From the NCBI GenBank assembly GCA_937625935.1, contig OW569360.1, forward strand, positions 434,001-498,000: a stretch of DNA of 64,000 nt. Direction: 5' to 3'. Positions 1 to 11,343 of this stretch are shown here, piece by piece. The notes under the pieces were generated by a model that worked only from the letters and a program-made list of their open reading frames with translations, had not been told where the DNA came from and ran no database searches. Source of the DNA: Tetramitus jugosus. Taxonomy: Eukaryota; Protista; Heterolobosea. The position numbers and the translations under genes are program-made. Every line of letters starts with the position of its first letter. Positions within the stretch are counted from its first letter, which is position 1.

Positions 1-439
1 ATTCTTCATGAATCTTGGCATAGTCGAATCCTCCAATTGGATGAGCGACGAGCTTCATCTCTGAAGCTTGCAATAACAATTGAGCAGTAGCTGCACCTGC
101 GTCAAAGGAGTGAGTTGGTGAGTCAAACACCTGGCCATAGTAAGAAGCCTTCTTGTAGGACAAAACAATGAGCAAGACATCGGCGTGCTCAACCCACTTT
201 TGATTCAACTCCATCAAGTGAGTGAATGCCTTGTTCCATGCTTCAGTGTTGGACTTTCTAACATAGACATATCTCCATGGTTGACTGTTGGCATAACTGG
301 CTGCCCATCTGGAAGCTTCGAACAATTGGTTCATTTCTTCAGTGGAGATTGGCTCAGCATTTTCTGCAAAAGTTCTGGAGGAGTATCTTTCGACGAAGAT
401 TGGGTTGACTTGGTTTTCGGTGACTCTATCGGATGACAT
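1..439 (-). CDS. Nitroreductase family (FMN-dependent) protein, 3' end runs off the window
   Basis: My translation from ATG at 439: MSSDRVTENQVNPIFVERYSSRTF...LFEASRWAASYANSQPWRY...HSFDAGAATAQLLLQASEMKLVAHPIGGFD. It shows the nitroreductase motifs R-x-S-x-R, A-x-S-x-x-N-x-QPW and D-x-G. Missing from the ORF track because it is truncated. Confidence 0.9.
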   Translation of the reverse strand, partial: MSSDRVTENQVNPIFVERYSSRTFAENAEPISTEEMNQLFEASRWAASYANSQPWRYVYVRKSNTEAWNKAFTHLMELNQKWVEHADVLLIVLSYKKASYYGQVFDSPTHSFDAGAATAQLLLQASEMKLVAHPIGGFDYAKIHEE

Positions 440-1169
440 GACTGTTTTAAGGTGAGTTAACTCTTTTGTTTTGGTGTGTTGGTGTGTTGTTCTCTCATTC
501 AAAGTCTGAATCAGCTCACCTCTTAAAAAGGTGCGCTTCGGAGGTATGAAACACAAGTGGTGCATGTGGAAATGACCGAAAATTGGCCGATGTATGAACC
601 TCGCTCCATCTCTTGGCAGCGTTTTGAATGCCGCTCGGTCAAAAAACTGTCGAGGAAACGCTGGTCTGAACTCAGATCTGAATGCAGAGAGGTGGTGAGG
701 AAATGAGTCCTCTTCACGAGTGAGAATGTGAGAATGTTGGCCAAAGGATGACTTTCGGGCAAAACACCTGGGCTATTTACCACATCAGGCGGATTCATTT
801 CCGCAATGAATTGGTATTACGAACTATCCGCACCACATAACCACGGCCAATGATTCCTGGTTGGTCATCAAGACATCGAGGGTGCAGTCATTGAAGCGCG
901 AAGAATTGGACGGCTAGTTTTTTCGCTGTAGCTGGGCAGAATGGTCGGGCGGATTTTCACTCCCGTCAGAAAGATGATGACAAAAAGTCACTTGTCATCG
1001 GAATTTCTACTCCATACACAACAACAAAAAACTCAAAGTAAAAACCTCTCTGCGACGACACCCCAACATAACATTTTGTTTCGACGTGGTGAACATAGAG
1101 AGCCGCAACAAATCATCAACAAACAAACAAACAAACAAACGGGAGTTCGAACACATTGAAAAACCAAAC

Positions 1170-4100
1170 ATGAGTGCCACTACTCCGTTTTATGGTCGGC
1201 CTTCTGCCCTTAAATCAAGCAGTAACTCATCAACAACAACAACAACTGCTTCCACTTCGACCGCAACTGTAACAACAAAAACTACAACATCTCCTGCATC
1301 AATAGCTACAACAACAACAACAACAACAACAAAAGCTACACCAACTATACACACAGCTAGAGTGTCCATCCCTGTATTCAAACAGTATCACAGCAACCTT
1401 CAACAACATCAACAACAGCAGCAACAACAATCCAAAACAGAGTCATATCCAACCAATGTAAAACAATTGATTCATGTGAGAGATAAGCTTGATATGGTTC
1501 AGTCCGAACAGGCATACTTGTTGGACCCGTTGCTCTCACTCTCCAATCACACTCAAGTCTCAGGATTGGACTTGCTCGCACAACAACAACAACAACAACA
1601 ACAACAGGCGAACAACAGTGGAAATAACAAGATTCACTCCACACACAAAACAACAAACAATAATACGAATAATAGTGGTGGTGACTGCGATACGATTTTA
1701 ACAGCTGAAGAGGAGCAACAACAAAAGGATGCACTAGGCAATTTCATAAAGTATGAAACAATGTTCCCATTACCTCCTGGCTTGGAACCACAAGTCTATG
1801 AACAGTTGGCACATGTAAGCTATGAAAACGACATGGTGAACTATGTGATGGCACAGACGACAAAAAAGAAGAAGAAGACGACAGACGACGTAGCAAAGGT
1901 CATGACCAACTTGGACAAGATTTTTGCGTCGTCTCCTCGCTCTCCTTCCTCACCTCGCTCTCCCCGCGTGGTTTCAACCGTTGAAGAAGAAACAGTATTG
2001 CCCAACACGGACGATTTTGCTAGAGACTTGCAAATGGACCTTCAAAAAAGAATGGTTGGCAAGGACGACCAAAACAAGGAACAATGGGCTGCGAGAGCTA
2101 TGAAGAGAAACACTGATTTGTTGTGTCTCATGGAACGTGTGAGACCACTGAGCAAACAAAAGAGTTATTCGCAAAGAATTATGCTCAAATACAAAAAATT
2201 TTCTTCTGCGAGCGGCGGCGGCGCCAACAGTGGCACCTCCACCCCCGTCAACAGCGGAAGCAGCCATGCACTCAGCCGCATGAACTCCTCCCTGTCGCAT
2301 ACAAACAGCAGCACCAATTTGCTCATTAGCAGCGCAAGCTCCCTGCTCACTCGCTCCGGAGCAACTTCTGACAGCACCAACAATACTCCTACACCCACCA
2401 TCATTACAAAGAATGGTTCCGTGCTTGATTACTCGCATTTTGCGAGCACTACGGAAAATCCTTCTGTGCTGAGTCGTGAAGTTCTCATCCAACTGATTCA
2501 TCAACACTTGGCAAGCAAGAATCTATCAAGAACGATTCAAGTCCTAGAGAACGAAAGTGGTGTAAAATACAATGGCTATCTCTCACCTAGTGGCCCATCT
2601 GGTGATCAAGAAAGCAACGATAGCTCTGGAACGGATTCCAACGAGAATGACAGTGCGCATCAAGATGTTGCTGACAACAATGGTGGTGCTTCCGATGGCA
2701 ATGACACACCAGTCGATCAAAAATCATCAAACGGTGGTGATGGAATCGCTGCTGCTGCTGCTGCTGATGATCAAGCGGAAGGCGGTGCCAATGGAGAGGA
2801 AGGTGGTAGACGAGACAAGAATTGGAGCATCATTCGTACATTGATGCAAATTGGTATCAAGGATCCTCAGAAGCCATTGCAAGACGTGTTGGGCACTGGT
2901 GCTCTCACTGATCTCAACATGGACTCTGAAGTGCAAACTGCTTCCATCTACAATCATTTGGAACACGAATATGCTCATGAGTTGAAGAAGGGACTGTGGG
3001 AGGAGTTGAGTAATCCTGATGAAGACAATGTCGAGTTCAGTGATGACAAGGATCGAGAGAAGATGCAAAAACGATTGAACGATGAAGAAATGGAAGGAAA
3101 GCAGTTGAAGGCTGCCACTCTGAACAAACTGGTGGAAAAGTTGACAGATCATGGTCAACAGGACGGTAAATTCTTGAACACGTTCCTTGTCACCTACCGT
3201 TCCTTCACATCTCCTGAAATCTTGCTGGCCAAGCTCCTGGAGAGATACAAGGTTCCAAAGAAGCCAGCCTACAGAAACATTAGTGCTGAGCAGTGGGAAA
3301 AGAATAAGGTTCAGATTCAGATCCGTACCGGTAACTTTATTAACAAGTGGATTGATGAGTTCTTCTTCCTCGATTGGAATCAGCAAATGATTCGTATGTT
3401 GACCATCTTTGTCGATGATTTCTTGATGAAGGACAAGCAAACTGCAAGAACAGGTAACACCATTCGTACAAAGTTGAATCGTAAGCTTCAACAGCAAGGA
3501 AAGGGTGATGTCTATGGTAACCAAGTTGTCGATAGTTCAAAGTGTCCTTGCCCAGAAATTCCAAAGAACATTTTCCTGAAGCTCGATCTGTTTGATGTGA
3601 GTGAAGTGGAAATTGCTCGTCAATTGACTAGAATTGAACACGAGATTTACAAGAGAATTCAGCCTAGTGAGTTGCTGAATCAAGCATGGTCAAAGGAGAA
3701 GCTGCGTCACAGATCACCCAACGTCCTCTTGTCCACTGCCCGTTTCAATAACCTGTCCAACTGGGTCGCATGTCAAATTGTAGAACCAGAGAGTCTCAAG
3801 GTGCGTAAGACCAGATGGACAAAGATTATCAACATTGCCAAACAATTGTACCGATTGAACAACTTCAATACATTGTTGGCATTGTTGTCTGGTATGCAGA
3901 ATGCTGGTGTCCATCGTTTGAATTGGACAAAGGCCGAACTGGACAGAAGAACAGTGGAAGAATATGAAACACTGATGGCAAAGATGAGTTCTGATCGTGC
4001 CTACAGAGCATATCGTGATCACATTCTGTCATGTACTCCACCATGTACTCCGTATCTGGGTATTTACTTGACAGATTTAACATTCGTCGAAGACGGTAAC

Positions 4101-4352
4101 CCTGATTTTATCAACTCGAAACGAACAGGCAAACAATTGATCAATTGGACCAAGCGTAGATTTGTTCACAATGTCATTGCAGAAATCCAAATGTATCAGT
4201 ACAAGCCATACAGTATTCAACCAGTGTATCAGATTGAGCGTCTGCTATCACGAACAGTGGACGGTCACATCTATGTGGACGATGATCCACTGTACAAGTT
4301 GTCTCTGAAAAGAGAACCAAGAAGTGCCAAGAAAGAGGACTTGATCCCTTAA
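1170..4352 (+). CDS. Ras guanine-nucleotide exchange factor (LisH + RasGEF_N/REM + CDC25 domain), Aimless/GefA-like
   Basis: LisH-like LIQLIHQHLASKNLSRTIQVLENES; REM KAATLNKLVEKLT..FLVTYRSF; CDC25 EIARQLT, LNNFNTL, PPCTPYLGIYLTDLTFVEDGNPD. First ATG at 1170. Confidence 0.95.
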   Translation: MSATTPFYGRPSALKSSSNSSTTTTTASTSTATVTTKTTTSPASIATTTTTTTTKATPTIHTARVSIPVFKQYHSNLQQHQQQQQQQSKTESYPTNVKQLIHVRDKLDMVQSEQAYLLDPLLSLSNHTQVSGLDLLAQQQQQQQQQANNSGNNKIHSTHKTTNNNTNNSGGDCDTILTAEEEQQQKDALGNFIKYETMFPLPPGLEPQVYEQLAHVSYENDMVNYVMAQTTKKKKKTTDDVAKVMTNLDKIFASSPRSPSSPRSPRVVSTVEEETVLPNTDDFARDLQMDLQKRMVGKDDQNKEQWAARAMKRNTDLLCLMERVRPLSKQKSYSQRIMLKYKKFSSASGGGANSGTSTPVNSGSSHALSRMNSSLSHTNSSTNLLISSASSLLTRSGATSDSTNNTPTPTIITKNGSVLDYSHFASTTENPSVLSREVLIQLIHQHLASKNLSRTIQVLENESGVKYNGYLSPSGPSGDQESNDSSGTDSNENDSAHQDVADNNGGASDGNDTPVDQKSSNGGDGIAAAAAADDQAEGGANGEEGGRRDKNWSIIRTLMQIGIKDPQKPLQDVLGTGALTDLNMDSEVQTASIYNHLEHEYAHELKKGLWEELSNPDEDNVEFSDDKDREKMQKRLNDEEMEGKQLKAATLNKLVEKLTDHGQQDGKFLNTFLVTYRSFTSPEILLAKLLERYKVPKKPAYRNISAEQWEKNKVQIQIRTGNFINKWIDEFFFLDWNQQMIRMLTIFVDDFLMKDKQTARTGNTIRTKLNRKLQQQGKGDVYGNQVVDSSKCPCPEIPKNIFLKLDLFDVSEVEIARQLTRIEHEIYKRIQPSELLNQAWSKEKLRHRSPNVLLSTARFNNLSNWVACQIVEPESLKVRKTRWTKIINIAKQLYRLNNFNTLLALLSGMQNAGVHRLNWTKAELDRRTVEEYETLMAKMSSDRAYRAYRDHILSCTPPCTPYLGIYLTDLTFVEDGNPDFINSKRTGKQLINWTKRRFVHNVIAEIQMYQYKPYSIQPVYQIERLLSRTVDGHIYVDDDPLYKLSLKREPRSAKKEDLIP

Positions 4353-4405
4353 CAAGATCATTCACCATAAACTCCTGTTTGCAATTACAGATTCATGAAA
4401 TTTCA

Positions 4406-5026
4406 TCACTGCAACACCTTGCAAAAGTCGCTATAGGTGATCATACCGTCCTTGTTGGTGTCAAAGACGCTGAACAACTGATACAGGACATGTTGGTTGT
4501 TGAATTCCTTGCCAATCTTTAACCTACAGCGCATTGCATATTCAATGTCAGACAATGTCAGATAGCCATTCGAATTCCTGTCCAATGTCTTGAATACAGC
4601 TCTAGATTTGTCCACCGAGTCCTGTCGAGATAATTTCTCTTTCATCAGCTTTATGAACTGAGGTAATTTGATTCCAAGACAGGGTTGATCAGAGTCAGTT
4701 GGTTGCAACCGGAAGGGAATATGGGAATAGTCATCCTTCGGATACAGTTGACTCAGTTCGAGCTTGCTAGGACTAAAACCCATCACCACAATAAAAGCCA
4801 ACTTGTATTCTGACTTGCAGAGGTATCCTTTCTCACCAGAGTCATAAAACTTGAATGTTTGGGTTATGGTTCTCGTTTCTTCTTCTTCCTCTTGTCCGCT
4901 TGCAAAAGCAACTTGATCAGCGGCTTTGCTCGATACCCTGTCCAACAGAAAACCAAAAGTATTCAATGAATTGGCAGCTCTCAGAGGTACTACAGATTCG
5001 CCACTACTACTATTCCGTTCCTCCAT
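4406..5026 (-). CDS. EF-hand calcium-binding protein (EFCAB11-like)
   Basis: EF loops DSGEKGYLCKSE, DRNSNGYLTLSD and DTNKDGMITYSD; GFSPSKLE resembles EFCAB11. Confidence 0.8.
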   Translation of the reverse strand: MEERNSSSGESVVPLRAANSLNTFGFLLDRVSSKAADQVAFASGQEEEEETRTITQTFKFYDSGEKGYLCKSEYKLAFIVVMGFSPSKLELSQLYPKDDYSHIPFRLQPTDSDQPCLGIKLPQFIKLMKEKLSRQDSVDKSRAVFKTLDRNSNGYLTLSDIEYAMRCRLKIGKEFNNQHVLYQLFSVFDTNKDGMITYSDFCKVLQ

Positions 5027-5108
5027 TTGTGTGTCTGTTCATTCGTAAACTTTTGATCGGCTTTGGCGCCAAAAAGAAAAAACCGCGAACAGAGAGATCG
5101 TAAAATTT

Positions 5109-5411
5109 TTAGCGTCTTTGCTGTTCGACGCACTCCTTGACTTTATTGAACTCTGCGACGCAACCAGTCTGTTCCATCATTGACGTCTTCTCACATTGCA
5201 AGTAATGTATGTGCAGGAACTCACAGTTCATCCATGGCTCTGTTTGATCACGTGCACTCTTTCCCTGTTGTATATCTTTTTCTAATTTTTCTGGTCGTTT
5301 CCAACTGGAGGTGTCATTGGTCCTGTTAAAGTAGTAGACGTGACCAGATGGTGTCTCAGCTGTACCATATCCATCAAAATCCTGTTCATCAATATGTATT
5401 ATATACATCAT
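5109..5411 (-). CDS. Small WW-domain protein with C-terminal twin CX9C motif; start uncertain
   Basis: TPSGHVYYFNRTNDTSSWKRP (WW); CEFLHIHYLQC...CVAEFNKVKEC (two CX9C). Confidence 0.7.
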   Translation of the reverse strand: MMYIIHIDEQDFDGYGTAETPSGHVYYFNRTNDTSSWKRPEKLEKDIQQGKSARDQTEPWMNCEFLHIHYLQCEKTSMMEQTGCVAEFNKVKECVEQQRR

Positions 5412-5586
5412 ATTTTTTTTTCGTCATCATTATCATGACATTACATCATTTGAGAGACAAAAAAAAATGTGAAAAAAAAAACACACACAACCTTGCGAGT
5501 GAGCATCAATTGTTTTTTTTTGATCAAACACACACATACACACACACAATAAAATATGATTCTCTGGTAACTTGAAAACTCAAGAA

Positions 5587-5889
5587 TCAACAACATACAG
5601 CAGCATATTCGTTGATACAGTTCAAAAAATTGTATTCAGCAACACTAAATTTCCTCATATTTCTCTCAAAGACTCTCGCTCGCAATAATTCCCTAGCATA
5701 TTCCTTGCATTTGCTGAGTGCAGCACCAGCAATCAAATCTCTGCGAAAATGCTCTGTTTCAGCTGTTTTTGGTTGAGCTAGCTTTTCGTTAATGATGAGG
5801 ACTTCGGCGACTTGGGAGGCATCAACTGGTCCTTCTATTGTTGTTGTTGTTTCTGTTGCTTGTTGTTCTTCGTTGGATGAAAAGAGCAT
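5587..5889 (-). CDS. Hypothetical protein (~100 aa)
   Basis: Open frame with ATG at 5889 following an A-rich leader like other host genes; no recognised domain. Confidence 0.5.
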   Translation of the reverse strand: MLFSSNEEQQATETTTTIEGPVDASQVAEVLIINEKLAQPKTAETEHFRRDLIAGAALSKCKEYARELLRARVFERNMRKFSVAEYNFLNCINEYAAVCC

Positions 5890-6035
5890 TCTTTTTTTTT
5901 CGTTGTTTGTGTTTTGTTGTTTTTTTTTGTTGGTGGTGAGAGAAATCGTGTGAACTTCCGCTGCAATATTTCGCGATCCGACAAAGCGGGGATAAACTTT
6001 ACAAGAGCGAAGGGAAGGTTTTATTGTATCATCAC

Positions 6036-8307
6036 TCAAATTTCCTTGACACGATCGACGCGAGCGTATATTCGTACTGTGGCATCGTCTCCTACACTAG
6101 CCATGACTCTTCCGCTATTGTTCCAACAAACACAGTTCACAGTTCCTGTGTGACCCTTCAATGGCATGTCCTTGACCAGTGCTCCGTCATCTGTGTTCCA
6201 TATGTACACTCCACCATCTTCACTACCACTGCACACAAACAACCGCCTTGGATAGGCACTAAAACAGCACCGTAAAACATACTTTGACTGCTCATGACCA
6301 GTGTACTCCTTGATCATTCTTCGATCTCGAAGATCCCATAGATGGATTTTTGCCCTTATTTTGTCCAACTCTTCCGGCGTTAGTCGTACACCATCCGCTT
6401 CATTCTCTGCCAGAGTAGCCTTGGAGAGTGAAGACGAATTGGAGCTCAAGCTACAAAGAGCATATCTTCCATCATGCGACAACTGAACACTACTTATGCT
6501 GCCAGAATCTTGAAGCGTGAACTGGATGCTGCTGTCAGACAGTTGGAAGACATGAAGCAAATTATCTGACACTGCACATATGATATCACCTGAAACAGGA
6601 TCGAGATCAAAGTCTTGAATACGATAATCTGACAAGAAGTAACCTAGGCACTCAAAGGTGCGGGCATCCCATTTGACAAACTTTCTATCCACGCCGCCAG
6701 AGACAAAAAATGAGCCATCAGGTGACCAACGAACAGCACAGATTCCTTCTTCATGTTTTTGGAACGTGTGAAGCTTTTTGCCTTGTGTATCATACAAATT
6801 AATAGTTACATCGTCCGAAACTGTCAATAATCGATCACTGTTTGGACTCCAAGCCAAGTGGGTAATCTTTCCATTATGGCCAGAACATACTACGGGATTA
6901 ACATGATTCGTGTTCGTAGAGGCACTATTCTGAGCATGATCGCTACTCGCTGCAGCAACCTTATCTCTCTTTTTTAATCCAAGGTGCTTCCATACATCTG
7001 GCATGAGTGACAGATCATAAATAAGAGCTGTTCCATCTGCTGAACAAGTTGACAGATATCTTCCATTGGGAGAGAATTGAGCAAACCATACTTCATCAGT
7101 GTGATCATGGAGTACTCGGATCAGATCTCTAGGGACATGATCAACAAGATGAACATCCTCTGATAATAGAGATATGTCAGAGCCGATCGAAGAAGTCAGA
7201 ATATTGGTCGATGATGTGCCTCTGTCCTTTTGATACTGAACTGCCTGCAGCATCAATTTCTCCAATTGATTCTCAGGAACCATCAAATGCGCTGGTATGT
7301 AACCTATTGTAGCATTATCATCATCAAAAGACAAGAAACAAGTATTGACATTCATAGAAATCATTAGAAATAGTTCGTACATGTGGATCATAATCAACAA
7401 GAATCAATTCTGCGAGTAGTAAAATAAACAAAACATACGATGCAAATCATTGATCAATTCTTTGCGACTGTTTCCGGTGCTTCCATCCCATTTAGCCCTC
7501 GTTTTCAACGATTGAACATCAGAGCATATCACCAAACAAGCCAATTTGTGTAATTGATTCGAATCGCGACACACTGGAGTCAACTCCTCTCTCAGTGTCT
7601 TTAACGCTGACTGTAACTGTCCCTTCTCCAAACATTCCAAATACTTTTGTCTCGCCACTAGAAATTGTACACTCTGTAACATTGGGTATACCATACAATC
7701 ATACAACGCAAATAGAATCACAAAAATTCAAACAATTATTAGTGGTGCTTGCACCAAAAAAACAAAGAGACAATAAGACTTATTGCACAGATCAATAGCT
7801 TACATTGAATGATTCATCACTCGTCACACCCAATACCTCCAAATGATTCATCACGCTATCCCATTCACCATGCAATATATCACTTCTCATTTTTGCAATC
7901 GATGGATCATGCAATTGAATACCGCTCTCTCTCTCGAGCATACTCGCTGTTTCACTAGTATATAATTTACACGTCATATGATGGTTGTGTCAATTCAATT
8001 ATGTTGTCAAAACAACATGATGTGCGCAAAGAACATGTTAAAAAAAACACACGTACGATAGATCTAGTGACTGAAGAGCCTGAATCATCACTCTTACCAG
8101 ATCGCTCTTCTTAATGTTGAATTGAGTTCGTTGTCGATCATCCCACTTCATTCTCTTCCTTTGTTGTTGTGATTTTTTATGGTTTCGATTGTTGTTGGTC
8201 ACCTTTTGCTTTGTGTTTTTTGATGCTTGATGACTGCTATCGTTGTTGTTACTATTGTTGTTACTATTGTTGTTGTTATTGTCTCCAAGCTGAGTAGTAA
8301 GCTTCAT
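6036..8307 (-). CDS. WDR26: WDR26/GID7-like CTLH E3-complex subunit (LisH, CTLH, WD40), multi-exon
   Basis: Exons in ORFs 8038-8490, 7792-7977, 7404-7721 and 6036-7400. Motifs: LVRVMIQALQSL (LisH), ILHGEWD, QKYLECLE, LREELTP, MVPENQLEKL, HTDEVWFAQFSPNG, GHEQSKYVLRCCF, GHTGTVNCVCWN. First in-frame ATG is 8307, but the frame is open further upstream. Confidence 0.9.
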
Positions 8308-8957
8308 TCGCTTTGTTTCCCTCAATTCTTGTTGTTGCTGCAATTGTTCTTGATCAATACGATCAGAGGAAGAAGGTGATGGTATTTCGCTTGTTTCTGT
8401 TGTAGTTGGTGATGATGATTGAGATGTGGCCGTTGAAGGTGGAGAAGCAGTAGGAGAAGAAGGTGATGAAGAAGAGTTGTTTGATGACAAGGACGATGAC
8501 TCTAGTGAAGTGAAGGAGGAAGAGTATTGATGGAGCTTTCGTTTCTTGCTGTTGCTATTGTTGTTATTGGACTGAATGATTGATAAATTAAAAAAAAGCT
8601 GTGTAAGCTATTGTTATGTTTGCTTTTGTTTTTTAGGCTTTTTGGGCTTTTTTTGAAGTTCGTTTTGGGAATGATTTTCTCGATGATTTGCACACAGAGA
8701 TCCAACACCAGAGATCAAAACCCAGAGAAGAACCTACATGAATCTTTCAATTGTGGACTGATTGCAGCCTCGAAGAACTCTTGAATACAGACATCTGCTT
8801 TAAAGTTCAACTGCCAGGATGATCATTCAATGAACTAAGAATCGAGCGGGATTTCCTTCGCATTTATCCGAGGAACAGAATTTTCGCCCAACACACGACC
8901 CACCAACCACACACAACAAGCAATTATATCAGTCGCTTATCACATAACAAGCATAGA

Positions 8958-9775
8958 ATGAGTTCCACCAACTACGCTGCAACCCAAAAGTATGTGTGTG
9001 ATCTTCTTTTTTTTCGCGATTTCTTCTTTTTCATTTTCGATTGGAAGCTAACAATCACATGTTGCATAAAATCAACAATATCAAACATGATTCATTTCTC
9101 TCATCGTCTCATCACAGATACAAGTTCTTGTTCTTTGGAGCCCCAGGATCCGGTAAGGGCACCCAAGCTCAAGAAATGAGCAAGATTTATGGTGTTTGCC
9201 ACTTGTCCACTGGTGATATTTTGAGAGCTGCAGTCAAGGCTGGTACTGCTATGGGAAATGCTGCCAAGGCAAAGATGGACGCTGGAGAGTTGGTCAGTGA
9301 TGACATTGTCACTGGTATCATTAGAGACAACTTGGACACTGAAGAGTGCAAGAATGGTTACATTATTGACGGATATCCAAGATCAGTGCCTCAAGCTGAA
9401 TCCTTGCAAGGCATGTTGGAAAAGAGAGGTCAAACTTTGGACCATGTTGTTGCATTGGATGTGGACGATGAGGTTGTCGTGAGAAGAATCTCTGGTAGAT
9501 ATATTCATGAGAGAAGTGGAAGAGTTTACAACAAGTACTTTAAGCCACCAAAGGTTGATGCAAAGGATGATGTCACTGGTGAGCCATTGATTCAAAGAGC
9601 TGATGACAGAGAAGAGACGATTAGAAACAGATTGAGATCTTATCACGGATACGCTGATGCTCTCTTGGATTTCTATGGAAAGCAAGGATTAGTCACTCAC
9701 TTGAACGCTCAAAGACCAATCGAAGCAGTTCAAGCTGACATTAGAAAGCTTTTTGATGGATTGAACAAGGAATAA
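8958..9775 (+). CDS. Adenylate kinase (long LID type), one intron ~8990-9117
   Basis: GAPGSGKGTQ P-loop, HLSTGDILR, DGYPRS, GEPLIQRADD; a GTATGT...CTAAC...CAG intron joins exon 1 in frame. Confidence 0.97.
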
Positions 9776-9878
9776 ATAAAAAAACAACATGCTCTTGAGG
9801 TTTCTTCCTCCGTTTTTTGATACCCGTTGTTGATCAAAAACATTTTTTCTCCAAACCAAAAGAAAAACCAACGAACAC

Positions 9879-11180
9879 ATGGCAAACGACGCATTAACGG
9901 CAGAACCAGCCCTCAAGAAACAAAAGCTATCAGAATCAACAACAACAACAACAACAGCATCATCACTATCCAAGTTTCACAAATGGTCACCACAAGATGA
10001 CTATACACTGAAGAATGCAGCAGAAAAGGGATTAACCGCCGAAGAAATGGTCGACACAATCAAATTTCTCAATCATTACACAGCCGAGGAAATCTCCGAT
10101 CGGTGGAAAGCGCTGCTCTATGATGATTCAACAGCGAAAAAGGCGGCCAAAAATTTCTTGATTTTGGATCACAGTGGAACGAAGCGAGTGCCTTGGACAG
10201 AAGAAGAAAATGCCATTATTCTGGACGAACTCAAAAAGAAGGGCTTCATCGGATTCAGTCACATTATTGACAAGCACAGAGATGAGTTTCATCCGTGTAG
10301 AACAGTGAAGTCACTGGAGGCACATTTTTATCGATTGAAGAGAAATGGTGCGTTCAATGGAATTGATCAGTCTCATGCTAGTGGTAGCTCAAAGGCACCA
10401 CCATCTGCATCTTCAGCTTCCCTCTCTCATCGACAACAGACGTTCAGTGAAGCAGAAGAGGAAATGTTTAATGAAGCGTCGGATGATGCACGGGAGAGCG
10501 AAGCTGTTGTTCGATCGAGGAGAGCACAAGAGAGAAGAGATGCCAAGATGGCTGCGATTCTGGAGCGACAACTCGTTACAGAAAAGAGCTCCAACAAAAG
10601 AAAGAGAAAATCAACGGCTACCAAGCAACATGGTAGCGCTGCAGCAGCATCAACAGGGTCTGTTGAAGCAAGTACATCAGAGGAGCATCAACAGTCACAA
10701 GATCAGGATTCATACATTTTTGCCTTGCTCGAAGGTGTAAACTTACAACAGAAGATTACAAAGGAGGAAGTAGTCATTGGAAGACAGAGTCAGAGCAATA
10801 CTGTGGACGTTGATTTGTCGTTGGAGGGTGATGCTGGCAAAGTGTCCAGAAAACAAGCCGTCTTGACCATTCTTGCTGTTCCTCAGAGAGAAATGTTAAC
10901 AACGATAGCAACCGGCACAGAGCAACCAAAGTCCAAGAAACAAGTAAGAACGATATCGAAACAAGACAACTCGTATGTTGCTGAATTCAAGCTGCAAAAT
11001 ATCGGAAAGAGAGATATTTTGGTTGATGGAGTGCCGCTCAAGACCAACACCCATACACTGCTGAAGAATAGCACTGCCTCTCTCGTTTTCCCTGGCAATC
11101 TCAAGTTTATATTCAAGGTCAATCAACATGATGTCTCTGCATGGTTAGCAGATTATCAAATGGTCTCAAAATCAAAGTAG
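9879..11180 (+). CDS. MCRS1: Microspherule protein 1-like (MCRS N-domain, Myb-like, FHA)
   Basis: WSPQDDYTLKNA..ISDRWKALLYD; PWTEEE; FHA VVIGRQ...VDVDLSLEGDAGKVSRKQA...LQNIGKRDILVDG. Confidence 0.9.
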   Translation: MANDALTAEPALKKQKLSESTTTTTTASSLSKFHKWSPQDDYTLKNAAEKGLTAEEMVDTIKFLNHYTAEEISDRWKALLYDDSTAKKAAKNFLILDHSGTKRVPWTEEENAIILDELKKKGFIGFSHIIDKHRDEFHPCRTVKSLEAHFYRLKRNGAFNGIDQSHASGSSKAPPSASSASLSHRQQTFSEAEEEMFNEASDDARESEAVVRSRRAQERRDAKMAAILERQLVTEKSSNKRKRKSTATKQHGSAAAASTGSVEASTSEEHQQSQDQDSYIFALLEGVNLQQKITKEEVVIGRQSQSNTVDVDLSLEGDAGKVSRKQAVLTILAVPQREMLTTIATGTEQPKSKKQVRTISKQDNSYVAEFKLQNIGKRDILVDGVPLKTNTHTLLKNSTASLVFPGNLKFIFKVNQHDVSAWLADYQMVSKSK

Positions 11181-11343
11181 CTGCAGATATGCACTTGGAG
11201 AACAACGCTCCTTGCTGGTCATAGGCAGCAATTGTATTTTGGCGCGTCGCTTGCACTGTAAATTGAAAAATTGTATGAACGAAGAATTGATCGAGCAGAA
11301 AAACACAACTCAGAGCTAACACACAAGTTTGTTCGTCACCTAC

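Noticed and set aside
1230-1610. (CAA)n/(GAT)n trinucleotide runs here and throughout the window
   Set aside because: Ordinary coding poly-Q/T/N/S/D tracts. They are not CRISPR or satellite arrays, and they generate many spurious shadow ORFs.
5062-5073. E2F-like TTTGGCGC sites (also 11238-11245)
   Set aside because: The same word occurs inside coding sequence (~35312, ~40328), so it cannot be called regulatory by eye.
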